A DNA stretch of 52,493 bases, the filler included, from Catajapyx aquilonaris (lineage: Eukaryota), in NCBI GenBank assembly GCA_000934665.2. It is 2 parts of 2 records of this genome, joined end to end, with 100 filler letters (N's around TTAATTAATTAA, not from the genome) between each part and the next. Parts side by side here need not be neighbours in the genome. Positions count along the whole stretch, not along the records: positions 1 to 26,218 come from KZ539312.1; 1 more part is not named here. The stretch is one strand, 5' to 3'. A program made the position numbers and the translations under genes. Positions 1 to 11,829 of this stretch are shown here, in pieces (position 1 is the first letter of the stretch; every line of letters starts with the position of its first letter). A model generated the notes under the pieces. It did not search any database, had not been told where the DNA came from, and saw only the letters and a list, made by a program, of their open reading frames with translations.

Positions 1-12
1 CCTCAGACATAT

Positions 13-363
13 TTACCCATTAATTAACCTACGCCATTTACACCTATCCAAACAAACAACCCTAGCCTCAGCCACGTCCATGGTCCTATTGACACAAGAA
101 CGTCTCGGCTTAACACTAGCAACACCCTTAAGACACTGACCCACCTGGTCCAACCATGTCTTCCTAGGCCTACCCTTGCCCCTCTTACCAACGACTCCAC
201 CCAAATAAACCTTCTTCACAATCTCCTCCTCCTTCATCCTCTCCACATGACCAAACCACCTTAGAGTAGACCTACACACCTTATCTTTAACAGTCTCCTT
301 AACATTACACCTCTGCAAAATCTCCTCATTCCTAATCCTATATATCGAACTTGGTAACCCCAC
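13..363 (-). mobile_element. 3' fragment of an RTE-like non-LTR retrotransposon (reverse transcriptase C-terminal region)
   Basis: Translation has LRWFGHVERM, GKRGKGRPRKTWLDQV and DRCKWRRLI, typical of the RTE-clade ORF C-terminus; no upstream RT core present. Confidence 0.8.
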
Positions 364-432
364 AAACAGCCCGAAGATAACGCATCTCTACATCAATAAC
401 AATAAATCAATTTGCATTCCCATGGAAATGCC

Positions 433-760
433 TATCTTTTTTTAGCTATTTACCTCCCTGCATCGTAACCGCAGGGAGGGAACCTTTATTTCGTCTTGAT
501 GGAACCTTTTTGACGTAGCGCCCGCGCCCACGGGCAGGGTGACTGGGAGGGGATGTGCAAGGTGCAAGTGCAATTCTCAAACGGTATATTTTGTGAACTC
601 CCCCGGGTGGATTATTAGTCTGAGGAGATTCCACCCGAAACGAAGCCAGACACGACCCAACTCTGCACGGGATGAAGGAGGGAACCCCGGGCTGGGATCG
701 AACCCGGAACCTTAACATCCGTGGGAGCATACGTTTCCGCAGCGCCACTTTGTCTCCCCT
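433..760 (-). mobile_element. tRNA-derived SINE, family A, copy 1
   Basis: Minus-strand head with A-box-like TGGCGCTGCGG and B box GGTTCGATCC; body homologous to 24704-25068 and 25181-25523; flanking direct repeat GGAAATGCC at 424-432 and 762-770. Confidence 0.8.
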
Positions 761-1258
761 AGGAAATGCCCTTATGCCACAATACCTAGCAAATTAAACC
801 ATCTCCGTAAATTCAGCGCATCCACCAATTACGCTAATTGGCCACCTCACGTGACTTCGCATCTTATGGTAATTCCGGGATTTTGTGGGATTTGAAAGTA
901 GACTTCCAGACAAAGTAAATACAATTAAATAATACAATATTTGCAAAATATTACTCCGTGTTGAAAACAAAATTTCCCATCATACATCTGTACGCACATT
1001 TCTAAAGTTCTTCAGAGCAAACATATGGAACGAGGTGGGGGTGTGAAGTGGGTTTGGGGGGGGGGGGGGGTCAAGGGGTCAAAAATGCAGAGGAAAAAAC
1101 ACATCGCTGTGCACTGTGCAGTCTTTTCCTAGGCCTACTCCATCCGCATTCCTCCTTTTACACATCCAATCAGAATATCCGTGTCGACTGTACGCTATAA
1201 GACAAGCAGGTAATCTATCACAGATATGTATACCCCTATCTTTACCAGCACCCCAACA

Positions 1259-1290
1259 TACCCGGGCAACGCCGGGTAACCTGCTATAGT
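1259..1290 (+). mobile_element. Probable Helitron 3' terminus
   Basis: GC hairpin TACCCGG-gcaacg-CCGGGTA followed a few nt later by CTATAG|T, resembling the hairpin plus CTRR end of Helitrons. Confidence 0.5.
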
Positions 1291-2228
1291 TGTATGCTAA
1301 TAATAGAAAACATGCCTGACAGGTATGAATTATACGTACTGTACAGCAAGTCCGTTTTACACTATACTTGCCCTATTTTAGACATACGGTGGTACAGTAT
1401 GTCGCACGAGGTCCTGGACAATACTTCTTTTTGTCTTGGAAATATAGCCAATCAACATCTTTTAGGCATGTATGGTTTATAATAATTATGCACAGTATAT
1501 ACCTTTATGTACTGGACCAGTCTTCTAATATCGTTGAGATTTATCTACGTAACTCTTAACAAGTTATGCTTCATGTTTTCGGTTTTGTTTAAGCATTACA
1601 GATCACGCTTATTGTGAATTATTCCAAGTCGAGCAGGAGGATGTGGTTCTAAATACTAATGTGCAGTACTACCAGGTACTACTCACCAGTTCAGCTGATC
1701 TTGACTGGCAGGTAAAGAGAGTAAGGTCAGGAATATTATGGCAACATGAAATTTTGTGAGGAAAATAATTCTGGCACGGCAGTCATTATAATCATAGGGG
1801 GCATCATGTTAGTTGATTCACACTCAGGCAAATGAATTAAGCAGAATAGGTGCAGTTTTCTATGGTCTTAAATGATAATAATAGAGGCAGGTGTCATTGA
1901 AAGGAATATTGGCCACGTATACGATGCCCGGTTCGGACAGAGGAATTTCTCATGTGGACAGAGTTTCTATAACTCATATTGGTTCTCTCGGTAATTCGTA
2001 GTACGGGGTTTCTCTGGTTCCTCCGTTTCCCCCATGAAATCAAAATCCATGAGCACCATGGTTCATAATAATTGTGGGTCATATATAGGCTACAGTAAGC
2101 TTATGCTTATTATTATAGTCAAGGTCATGTAAATGGAGATTTCTTGAAAGGCCCCAGTACTTACTATCACGAGATGTCCAATTATTAATACTATATCCAT
2201 AGCTCCTAATATTACAGCACTATACGTA

Positions 2229-2442
2229 CCACCCGCGAGCGTAAAGATGGAGACGGCAGGCCCTCACCTTCGGCAGGCTGCTCTGCCAATCGCAGCTATT
2301 ATATGGTATCAAATATACTGTCATAAATACACGAACACACGCCTGGTGCAGCTAACTCGGTCCAAAAAGAGTTCATTATTTTGAGTCGGATAAAGAAAGG
2401 TCAAAAAAGGGCCTGCCGTCTCCATCTTTACGCTTGCGGGGG
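2229..2442. mobile_element. TA-flanked MITE (second, inverted copy at 51393-51604)
   Basis: About 35-bp TIR (CCGCGAGCGTAAAGATGGAGACGGCAGGCCC and its complement), TA on both sides. Confidence 0.85.
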
Positions 2443-2718
2443 TACGTAGCACTACAATTTTTTGCTGCGTAAATTTCGGACACTGATTTTGGCAACACTG
2501 TTTTGAGTTGAAATGTTATTTTTCATGACATAAGTTTCATATTTAAGTGCAGTTTTGGACTGCATATTTGAATATTGTGTTTGTGTCAAAGGTAACTTTG
2601 TAAAATCTTAATTATGTTTAGGATAATTGCATCATAAATTTATACCCTACGTAACTTTCATCGCCAACATCATCTGTTTGAATTTAATTCGCTATAAAGA
2701 TGATGAAACATAACCTGC

Positions 2719-3686
2719 AACGGGGGGAAGGGGGAGGGGGGTTGAGCATATGTTTATACATGGGGCGAGCTGGCCAATACCAACTTCTGCGATTGTAAGA
2801 CATTTCTGCTAGTATTTCTCTGAAACATAGTTTTGAGTACGTGTTTCGCGTCGGATACGTTACATGAACATTTTTTGGGGGGATAATAATTCCCTCGTGC
2901 ACTTTTGTCCCGGAGAAGAGCATAAATATGGCTGTTCCAAATACCGGGAAAAGTGCGGGAAATCCGGCAACGTTGCACACGTTGGCAGCACTTATCAACA
3001 AAGTATCGATGTTTCGATGTACCGGTATCGATATTTCCCCCCAGCGATATATTGAGTACTCGATAGTTAGCCCAACTATCGATATATCGATATTTTAATA
3101 CTGTCTAGTCGACCAATAATAACTTGAGACCAGAGACCAATCTCCCATACACAATATCATACACAATCATACAGTACCGGACCGGCGTTTCATTCAGAAA
3201 CTCCACGGACAACACTTGCACTTCCCTTGTCAGATACATGCCATTCTGAAACCTACGCGGCTCGGGACTTTCAAATCCCGAGCGAAGGCCGCCAAGACGA
3301 CCGTCGCTTACAGCGTTGCCACTTCGACGCCAACTGTAGAGTCGGCTCCTCACAAAGTGACGATTTGCGGGGGAAGGACCAAGGTGACCCCTATGAAAAT
3401 GGCCACTAAATTAATCTCCCGACTTTCCCCCACATTAATATGGTTTTTTGTTAACATCTGAATATTTTTAAAGAAGCTAGGGACACTTTTCTCGAGGCCC
3501 GCAGACCGGCTCCCATAAGGCTCCATGCATAAGGGGCCGCCAGAAGCTCAACTTTGAAAATTAATATCTCGCAAACGAGATAGACGAACCTCTTGAAACT
3601 TCACAGGAGTATGTGCGACATGCCCAGGAATGGATGGTGTGATTTTCTCGAAATTGTCAATAAATGGACTTAGCGCAAGAACTACC
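2719..3686 (+). mobile_element. 5'-truncated copy of a TTAA-target non-autonomous DNA transposon (Kolobok-like)
   Basis: About 1 kb near-identical to 47669-48729; ends AGCGCAAGAACTACC|TTAA; left TIR missing. Confidence 0.85.
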
Positions 3687-3847
3687 TTAAGGTACTTATA
3701 CTGCATAGCTTAAATTTCCATTTTGGTGACAATATATATACTTACAAATTAATTGTTGCGTCATGTACGGGGTAACATAGGCCACTTGTTCCAAGCCTAG
3801 CAAGAAGTGCGGGGATTAGCTTCTGGGGGTCAGGAGAGTATAGTTGC

Positions 3848-4056
3848 TAGGGCTGTGCGATATTTCGATACATCGACTGTCGATACGATATTTTCCTAAT
3901 ATCGAAGTTGCGATATCCGACGCTTGGCATGTGCGATGTATCGAATATCGCGATGTCGGTTTGCGATATTTTTCGATGTCGGTTTTCGATGTCGGTTTTT
4001 CGATTTTTGATATATCGACTTCGATTCGATATTTTTTCGGATATCGCACAGCCCTA
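3848..4056. mobile_element. hAT-type MITE
   Basis: TIR TAGGGCTGTGCGATAT/ATATCGCACAGCCCTA; 8-bp TSD ATAGTTGC/GTAGTTGC (7 of 8 match); interior rich in TCGAT repeats. Confidence 0.85.
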
Positions 4057-4200
4057 GTAGTTGCCTAGTTGGGAGCATTGTTGATGATGAAATGTATGTT
4101 CACATATCAGAAACATTGTTTGTTCTGTACAGCCGGTGAGCATAAAGAGAGGCCGCCATACTTTCCCTTATATGAACTGAAATTTTGAACAATAAATTTC

Positions 4201-4356
4201 TGGAGCAATATGCAAATGTTTATTTTAGCCCTGTGAACGGACTTTGTTACCTTGTCATCGTCTAACATAAGCGAAACACGTGTTTCGCTTATGTTAGACG
4301 ATGACAAGGTAACAAAGTCCATTCACAGGGCGAAAATAAACATTTGCATTGCTCCA
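4201..4356. repeat. Spacerless palindrome, about 156 bp
   Basis: Arms centred on CACGTG (4277-4282); two mismatches and one 2-bp indel. Confidence 0.9.
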
Positions 4357-6118
4357 TCCATAAAATGCTAGCATCCATATATTGCTACTGAATTCTTCCT
4401 GCTGGCTTAAGTTACCCCATATCAGGGGGTAACTTAAGCCACCCCTTCTTTTTTTTGTTTTTATCATACATGTTGTAGGAAACTTTCCATATACGTATAC
4501 GTCGACCGTAACTGTAGACCCATGTTTTACAACAATAAGTAAATCTCTAAAGTCAATGCTCTTGAATTGGCAGATGTCTGAAATTGAAAAGTGGCTTAAG
4601 TAACCCCGCTTGACGGTATCTACTTGGAATAGATCGAAGACGCATGCACAAGGTGCCAAAAGATGCGCGCGCTGACTGTCAACACGAACCCACAACGCGT
4701 AGCAACGGTGTTGCATCGAATTGTTGCATATCGATCGACCTGGGGCAGGCCTGGGGCCTTGGAGGAAGGAATACTGTGGAGGTGGGGCCCCCTATCCCAC
4801 CCATTATGGAAAATTGTACCAGGGGGCGTGGCTTAATCTGGAACGGCGGCCATCTTACTATGATCCAGAAAGTAGGGGGGAACCAATAGGGAACTTGGAA
4901 CTTGGAACTTGGAGGAAGGAACGGTCCAAGATCTGGAACGGCGGCCAGCTTTCTTCATTCTTGGCACAGAAACTTGGAGGAATGAGCGCGCATATGACTT
5001 GGAAGCATTTATATTTCCTCGTACCTAAATTATTCTGCTGCCCAAATGCACCACAATAATTTATAAATATAATTGGAAGCCATGAGGAATAAGACTAGTG
5101 AGTGCTTGCCTTTGAAACATACTTCAGGCCAAAAAAAAGTGGTGAAATATACGTGTTTTTCGATTTTAATTAATTTAAATTAAATTAAACTAAATTCATG
5201 CAAATTTATGTGTGCGCAATCATCGCTCACCTGATCTGAATGAACGGGCGGGGAATAACAACAACTGCAGGCTTGAATCCTCGGGATCGAACGGGGATAA
5301 CCCTCGAGGTCAGTGACCGGCGGCCATCTTGAATTTCAGCCACCGAACAACTTTTCGACCCGAATAGTCACTATTCGGCCCGTTCGGGGTGGGGTAAAAG
5401 TATTCGATCGAAAAGGCGGCTGGAAACGGAATTCGGGTGGCGGTGCAACACTTTTCGAACTATTCGACTGGATTTGTTCTACTTTCCGGGCGGAAACATC
5501 TTTTCTAGATCCGGTGCAACCCGCCACTCATCAGGGTTAAAATAAGGTCCCTCCGGTTAAGCTTCTCTGTTAGCCTTGCTGCACAGTCCCTCTAGTCTCC
5601 CTTTTTAATGAGGAATCTCTCGAAACTCACCAGCAGACTTCATTGTGGCCCAGACCCCATGCCCAGACCCATCCTTACCGCGCTTCTGTGTGCAAACAAA
5701 GATGGCGGCGGGCGGGAAAGTCTTGGAGGAAGGAACGGGGCGGAAAACAGGAACCCAAATCGTGACGTCATCGCATCTCCATAGTATTCCTTCCTCCATG
5801 CCTGGGGCCCACGCGCATCAGGGTGCCAACAGTATGTTGCGCGCGGTGAATGGCAACCACGGGCAACCAATGTCAACCAATGTCAACAAGAGGCCTCCAC
5901 GCATGCAGAAACGGTGTTCCAACGCACGCAAAAGTACGAATTTCACGCACAAGTCCGACTTTGACGCACAAGTCGTAGTTTCAAGTCGATATGAGTTCAG
6001 ACCTTAAGTAATGATTTCATATCTAGGAAATACTATTATAGAAATGGCATATTGCTCTTTCACTACAAAATAATACTACCCAGTATAATACTCAATACAT
6101 AATATATCGGATCTCTCA

Positions 6119-6880
6119 CTACCCGCTCTCGTTCTCCTCCCAGGGTCTACCCATCACTTTGTATCTCCGGTTCTTTACCATTCCATGGAGGTACAGGCAT
6201 AAGCCATAGCAAGGCCATAGCAAGAGCTCTTGGCCATAGTCTCTCTTCCTAACGACATCAAGTAAAAATAAATGCAGCTCTTCTAAACCTGTCACTTCTT
6301 CAACTCTCTGGACCCATAACAATCTATCTCTATCCATGGCCCTGAAATCCCTCATTATATGCATCAGACCTTCCTCATCCTCCCTACACAAATAGCATTT
6401 TCTTTCCCCGTCCCCTAGCCACCTCCAATAATTGTTTCTGGTGAGCGTTCCACGTCTCAGCTTTGCTAGGACCTTGAGGAATTTAACGTTGTCCCCTTTC
6501 AAATAGTCCTCTTCCCCTGGCTTATTTTTAAGGCACTTATACAGGGTGTATCAGAGTCACGGGTCAAGCGCGCGCGAGGGGGTGGGGGAAAATCGTACAC
6601 CTACGATTTTTCCCCACCCCCGGTCGGTTTTATAAAACAATTAGAAATACGGCAGTAATCAATAAATTTACAGTAAAACTTCCTCGCGCGCGCTTGACCC
6701 GTGACTCTGATACACCCTGTATAGTCTGTCCAATTCTCTGTGCCATTTATTGTGGCCCACAACATTTCTGTCTTTTAGCTCACTTAGCAATCATATCCTC
6801 TTCCTCCCAAGTCTTCGTCATCTTCAACACCCCACGGTGGTTTTTTAATACCCCATTGGGAGAATCGGCGCTCCATTAGG
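6119..6880 (-). mobile_element. Degraded non-LTR retrotransposon ORF2 C-terminus (zinc-knuckle region), interrupted by a MITE
   Basis: LAKLRRG...ERKCYLCREDEEGLMHIMRD fits the CxxC-x-E-x-H knuckle that follows LINE RT domains; upstream boundary approximate. Confidence 0.6.
6542..6719. mobile_element. Tc1/mariner-type MITE, internally deleted relative of 29701-30279
   Basis: TIR CAGGGTGTATCAGAGTCACGGGTCAAGCGCGCGCGAGG; TA at 6540-41 and 6720-21. Confidence 0.9.
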
Positions 6881-7355
6881 GGGGTGGAATACCACCATTG
6901 GATGGGGGCAAGGATTGGGAAGGAAGGAAGGAAGCGACTGTGGCCTATTATTATATACGGAAGCGACCCCGGAATTATCCTGGGGGAACCGTGGAATACC
7001 ACAGAAAACCACGTCAGGATCGCCGCTGGAGCCTCATGTACAAACCATGTATCTCTGATTTGGCCATTTTGAGATATTGCACCTCAAAGTTCGTGATCTG
7101 CCATTAGTTCTTGCATAAATCGATCATACTTGAATAACTTGAATAACTTTGCAGGAAAACAAGTTAGAGAGACGTGGTTTGTACCAGTGGATAGAGCTTG
7201 AAAAGACCCGTCCAATCGTGGCCTACAAGTAAAAACCCAGTATCTTGAGTTACATGGTTTTTACATGAGGCTCCAGCGCCGTCCCCGGGATTCAAACCCA
7301 GGACCTCCCGATTAGCAGTCTGGCTCCTTAACCCCTACACCAACCTGCTTCGATC
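6880..7355 (-). mobile_element. tRNA-derived SINE with Nin/Deu-like central domain, split by an insertion
   Basis: Head with A/B boxes at about 7280-7355; core GGTTTTCTGTGG...ATAGGCCACAGTCGCTTCCTTCC; homologous to 43355-43520. Confidence 0.75.
7026..7276. mobile_element. MITE with 5-bp CGCCG duplication inserted in the SINE
   Basis: About 30-bp TIR CTGGAGCCTCATGTA(C/A)AAACCATGTA; CGCCG at 7021-7025 and 7277-7281; removal restores the SINE. Confidence 0.8.
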
Positions 7356-7810
7356 TTACATTATATTACACAATACCAGACGACAATACCTAAACCAATT
7401 TCGCCCAAAATGTTACTCTGATCATTGTGCATTTCATTTCTTCATTATTTCTAGCCTGATGCTGACCTGAATTCTATTTTGATATTGATCAGAGGACTGC
7501 GTAAGTTAGTTTTGTGAGTCAAGGTTATATTTACACTGCCGTCATTCACCTGTGCCCACCTTGCCCATGCATGACTATTGATTTGCTTATCATGTGAGGT
7601 TAATGTCGCTCATGAAAACACTTTATCTTCTTGTGCTGTACAGAACAGGCAAGTATGCCAAAGCGAAACTATACTTACTTGAATACGCTTTTCAGTTATG
7701 TTATAGGCTTATAGCCAAAAGTGAGGGAGGAAATTTTAGGGACTGCATTTTTTTTTCTTAACAGTATTTCACGTTAGGGTGCTCCGTAAAGACCGCAGCA
7801 GAGTGCAGTT

Positions 7811-7872
7811 AAGTGTTGCTTTTGACATAATACGTATAATGCATTATACGTATTATGTCAAAAGCAACACTT
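7811..7872. repeat. Perfect 62-bp spacerless palindrome
   Basis: AAGTGTTGCTTTTGACATAATACGTATAATG followed directly by its exact reverse complement. Confidence 0.95.
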
Positions 7873-8720
7873 GTATTTATAAGTAAGTGATACACTTTAC
7901 CGAATGGGAAGCTTGGCCAACTGTGCAGTATTAATATATTGCTGTGACTCCAAAAAGACTTACGAAAACAATTTGTCTAATGCCTTAATATTGCTGGTAT
8001 TTATTTTTCTCAGCCTTAAAATGTTTACTTTAGCCATATTGCACCACTGATGGTATATTGACAACCAGGGATTTATCCTTACTGTTCATTGTTGAATAAA
8101 ATAAACTTTATAGCTGTTGTTAATAATGAACTGCATCGAGGTTGTGACCAATAAACTTAGGGGGCACGGAAAAGACAGTGGGTGGGGTTCAAGACAATAA
8201 ATTTTATTTCCGTCAGAGTAACAACTGAGGTAAAGGATACGACCAGAGGATCCCGGGTACGGGAACCAATGGAAGGGCCAGTGGTCTGCATAGTGGCACA
8301 GAACCAAAAGGCCTCGAACATAGCACGGTGGCAGTCTTAAATAGGCACGGAACGGCGCACAGGCCGATGGGAAAATGGATGGTTCACAAAACGTGCAAGG
8401 CATGTCGGGAAGGAAGATTGGTAGGGTTTGGAGTGACGTCAAAGATCGGAAGCATCGGAAGGTAGGTGTGGGCGGAGACCACGTGATAGGAAGGGTACAG
8501 AAAAAAATAATTAACCAAACAGGCAGGAAGATGAGGATAAGGATGACATTCCAAACCAATCCTGTCACAAGGTCTTATTGTTGCCGGAAACTAACAAACC
8601 AAGCAAAATTCTCGGTGGACAATCCACCTTGAGTGGCGCAACCGTCCTCTGGCATAAACCATAGATTAAACTGCAATAGCGTGAATCTCACCTTTATTGA
8701 CATGATGAGAACAATCCTAC

Positions 8721-9210
8721 CAGGGAGCATATACTACATAGTAGGCGTATTCGGCAATTCAGATTATTCTGAGATGCGTCACGTGATATCTGAGTTGTTA
8801 GCCCCGCCCTTCAGAAGATTATTGCCGAACGGCCGAACTGAGAGACCCCCCTACCCGCCATTTGTGCTGCATTCCATTGATGCCAATGTTCGGGTATTTC
8901 GGTGCCGTATTTCGGACGCTTGCGGGTAAAATGAAAATGCGGGTAAAATCGGGTATTTTCAGGTCCTCTCGCGGGGTTTTCGGGCATTTTGCATTGGCAA
9001 CACTGCTGCATCCATAACAATAATTTGTTTGTTAATTGTTTCTCAGCAAGTAAGTCAGGTCAGGAGTACACTAAGTTCCTGAGCTTGGGAAGTCAGGTAG
9101 GGCGCATGCGCACTTACTTCAGGGGGCGTGGCACCTGATTTGCCGAACATCCAAACAGCCCAGGAAGTCAGATTCCTGAATTGCCGAATACGCCTAGTAT
9201 ATGCTCCCTG
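8721..9210. mobile_element. MITE with 7-bp TSD (P-superfamily-like)
   Basis: TIR CAGGGAGCATATACTA...GGCGTATTCGGCAATTCAG; ATCCTAC at 8714-8720 and 9211-9217. Confidence 0.8.
8875..9005. mobile_element. Nested hAT-type MITE
   Basis: TIR CATTGATGCCAATG/CATTGGCAACACTG; 8-bp TSD CTGCATTC/CTGCATCC. Confidence 0.7.
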
Positions 9211-9814
9211 ATCCTACAATAGGCCTGTTGCTAGGAATCAGAGAAACAATGAAAAGATCCTATCTATTTACACACAAGTAACATATAATTTTGATGTCAC
9301 CATCCTCCTGCCAGCACGTAAGTCGCCATTATACAGAAGTGAAATTAAATAATTGCCCGTTGTTCTTAATTTCCCAGCAAACCAGTTGTAGCATAGCAAT
9401 TGTAGCAATTGTAGTCATTCATGTTATTCTCCCATCTTGTTTGCACCTTATCGATGTCTTCCCTTCGGATCCTTTCATTAATAATAAATATAAATATAAT
9501 GTTCAGTTTACCTATTCCTATATGCCTATCTATCTAATATTGAATGAGCCGTGTTTCCTGCATGCTGAATTTGCATACCAGCATAAAATATAACTTCTGT
9601 ATCTGAATCATCATGATAATATACTGTCTCATTAACAATCTTGATACCAGCATAATATTGGTGCAGGGGAAACGAAGCTTACAGGTTTATTTAAACCTTA
9701 CAGATAAAAATGCGCAATCCATAAACCTGAAGAACACCCCGTGAAATGCATGAACCTATAAGAGCAGCAAGTGGTAATTAACCCACCTGGGCATCATAGT
9801 ATCTAAAAGTGGAA

Positions 9815-11660
9815 ATGGCCGGAAATAACAGACATCTTGCGTTTAAAGGGGAAAGGTCTCACTCAAACACTAACGGCCAACAAGACCAACAGTCAAGTGG
9901 AAGTGTACGAGTAGACATAAAGCGTATGCTGCATGCTATGGCCAAGTAAGTACCAATAATTTGTTACTTTTCATTTCGAGATCAATGTCAGTACGGTATT
10001 GCCAGCATTGTATTGTGGTAAGCTTATATGACACAAGTAGGCTACTTCCTTTGCAATGAAGTTCCTTGCGTTAATAGTCGATAGTCTGGTTGCTTTACTG
10101 CATGTTCTTCAGTATAGGCATAGAGTAAGCCAAAATATTAATTGCTTGTGTTCCTGCTCTGTGCGTAGGGAAAGAGATAAGGCGACGGTTTGGAAAAATG
10201 AAGCAGAAAAATGTCAAGTTGCACTAAACCAGGAAAGGGAGCAAAGAAAGAAACTGGGTGAAGCATATGCATGGTACAAGGAAAAGGTCAGTGGTGGGTC
10301 AGTGTCTAATGCTCTAATCTAATCAGTGCCGGATTTCCCCCCCCCCCTCCCCCCGACCGCCCTTAGGCAGTTGAGATCCTCCCCTCCCCCCACTCCCATG
10401 CCGTTTAAAAAATTCAAATTCTCTCTTGAGTTCTATCCTTCATTTCATTTTATTTAATTAGAAAATTTGTATTTCAACTTATGGCCGCCCTTAGGCGTTT
10501 TCTGCATAGTGGCGAATCCGGCGCTCGGAATCCCCCGACGAAATTTTTGAATTTTTCAGTGATTTCGCCTTTATTTCCTATTATTGAGGCCTAATTGAAA
10601 AATATTTATTGCGACTCGCGGCCGCCCCTATATGCAATTGCCTACTCTACCTAATGATAAATCCGGCTGTGTCTTATGTGTCATGATTCAGCCTATCGAG
10701 ATTAGTAACATTACATTAACACTTGTGTCCTTTTAGTACACCAGAGCTAATAAAGTATGCCAGTACCTGGGCAACGCGATACAACACGACGAAGCTGCAC
10801 TTAGTACTTTGCAGCATGATTTGGGCCGGAAAGAGAAGGACGGACTTATGGAACAAGAGGCTAGGGAGATCGCCATTTTGAAGGAACTTGTGAAGAAGGC
10901 GAAGGAAAGGGCTGGCAATCGGCAAAGAGAAATACTCCAGTGCATCGATGTATTGAGAAACAGCCATGTACTGGCAGAGCAGGAAAGGCAGAAACTGATG
11001 CACCAGCAGAAAATTCTGGACAAGGAAAAGCTGGAGCTGGAAAAGACGAAGAAAGAGCTTGAAAAGAACAAGTTGGAGGTTGAAGCGGAGAGGATGGTTG
11101 GAGGAAAGACGATGACAGAACAGGAGAGGCGGAAACTGATGCACCAGCAGAAATTTCTGGGCGAGGAAAAGATGGAGCTGGTAAAGACGAAGAAAGAGCT
11201 TGAACAGAGGAAGGCGGAGGTTGAAGCGGAGAGGATGATTGTAGGAAAGATGATGGTAGAGCAGGAGAGGCGGACCCTGATGCACCAGCAGAAAATTCTG
11301 AACGAGGAAAAGCGGGAGCTGGAAAAGATGAAGAGACAGCTTGAACAGAGCAAGCCGGAGGTTGAAGCGAAGAGGATGGTTGGAGGAAAGATTATGGCAG
11401 ATCGAGAGAGGTTGAACCTGATGAACCAGAAGAAAGTTCTGGATGAGGAAAAGCTGGAGCTAGAAAGGATGAAGCGACAGCTTGAACAGAGCAAGGCGGC
11501 GGTTAAAGCGGAGAGAAAGATGAAAGAAGATGTGAAGGAAAATCCCAACGGCGTGTTACCTGACCCTGACACCCAGGAATTAATCAGGACCCTCCTTATA
11601 GAAGATCTGTTTTTCAGTAATAAACCAGCTTATCAATATATGGATCTTCCCCACGAATAA
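9815..11660 (+). CDS. Uncharacterised coiled-coil protein with four 47-aa tandem repeats; predicted exons 9815-9945, 10169-10286, 10737-11660 (390 aa)
   Basis: ATG in GAAATGG context after an in-frame TAG; donors GTAAGT and GTCAGT; acceptors CGTAG and TTTTAG; phases join without stops (131+118+924 nt); E/K/R/L/M-rich; AATAAA overlaps the TAA stop. Confidence 0.7.
10974..11525 (+). repeat. Coding tandem repeat, 141 nt (47 aa) x 4
   Basis: CTGATG(C/A)ACCAG recurs at 10995, 11136, 11277 and 11418, an exact 141-nt period. Confidence 0.95.
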
Positions 11661-11829
11661 ATGTCTTTGTCTCCCTGATTACGTTCTTTAATTATACTAC
11701 ATCTACTGTATCAAATTATTCCATGTAATAACTAGAAAAGGACTTTCTCTATAGCATTCATTTTATTCTACATAGCATCTGGTTGTAACGTGTCATTTTG
11801 TTACACTTTCAACCAATTTTACACACTCT

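Noticed and set aside
2684..3461. ORFs repeated at 47.5-48 kb as a duplicated gene
   Set aside because: They lie within a non-autonomous transposon, have no recognisable domain, and their frames differ between copies.
5930..6008. Lone ...CAGACC|TTAA end as another TTAA element
   Set aside because: No matching opposite terminus found, so it cannot be delimited.
9727..9752. CTGAAGA...GAAA as a hammerhead ribozyme
   Set aside because: No valid NUH cleavage triplet and no closing stem I.
10716..11572. Long minus-strand ORFs (279 aa and 189 aa)
   Set aside because: S/F/L-rich shadows of the purine-rich coiled-coil repeat; splice sites and polyA signal support the plus strand.
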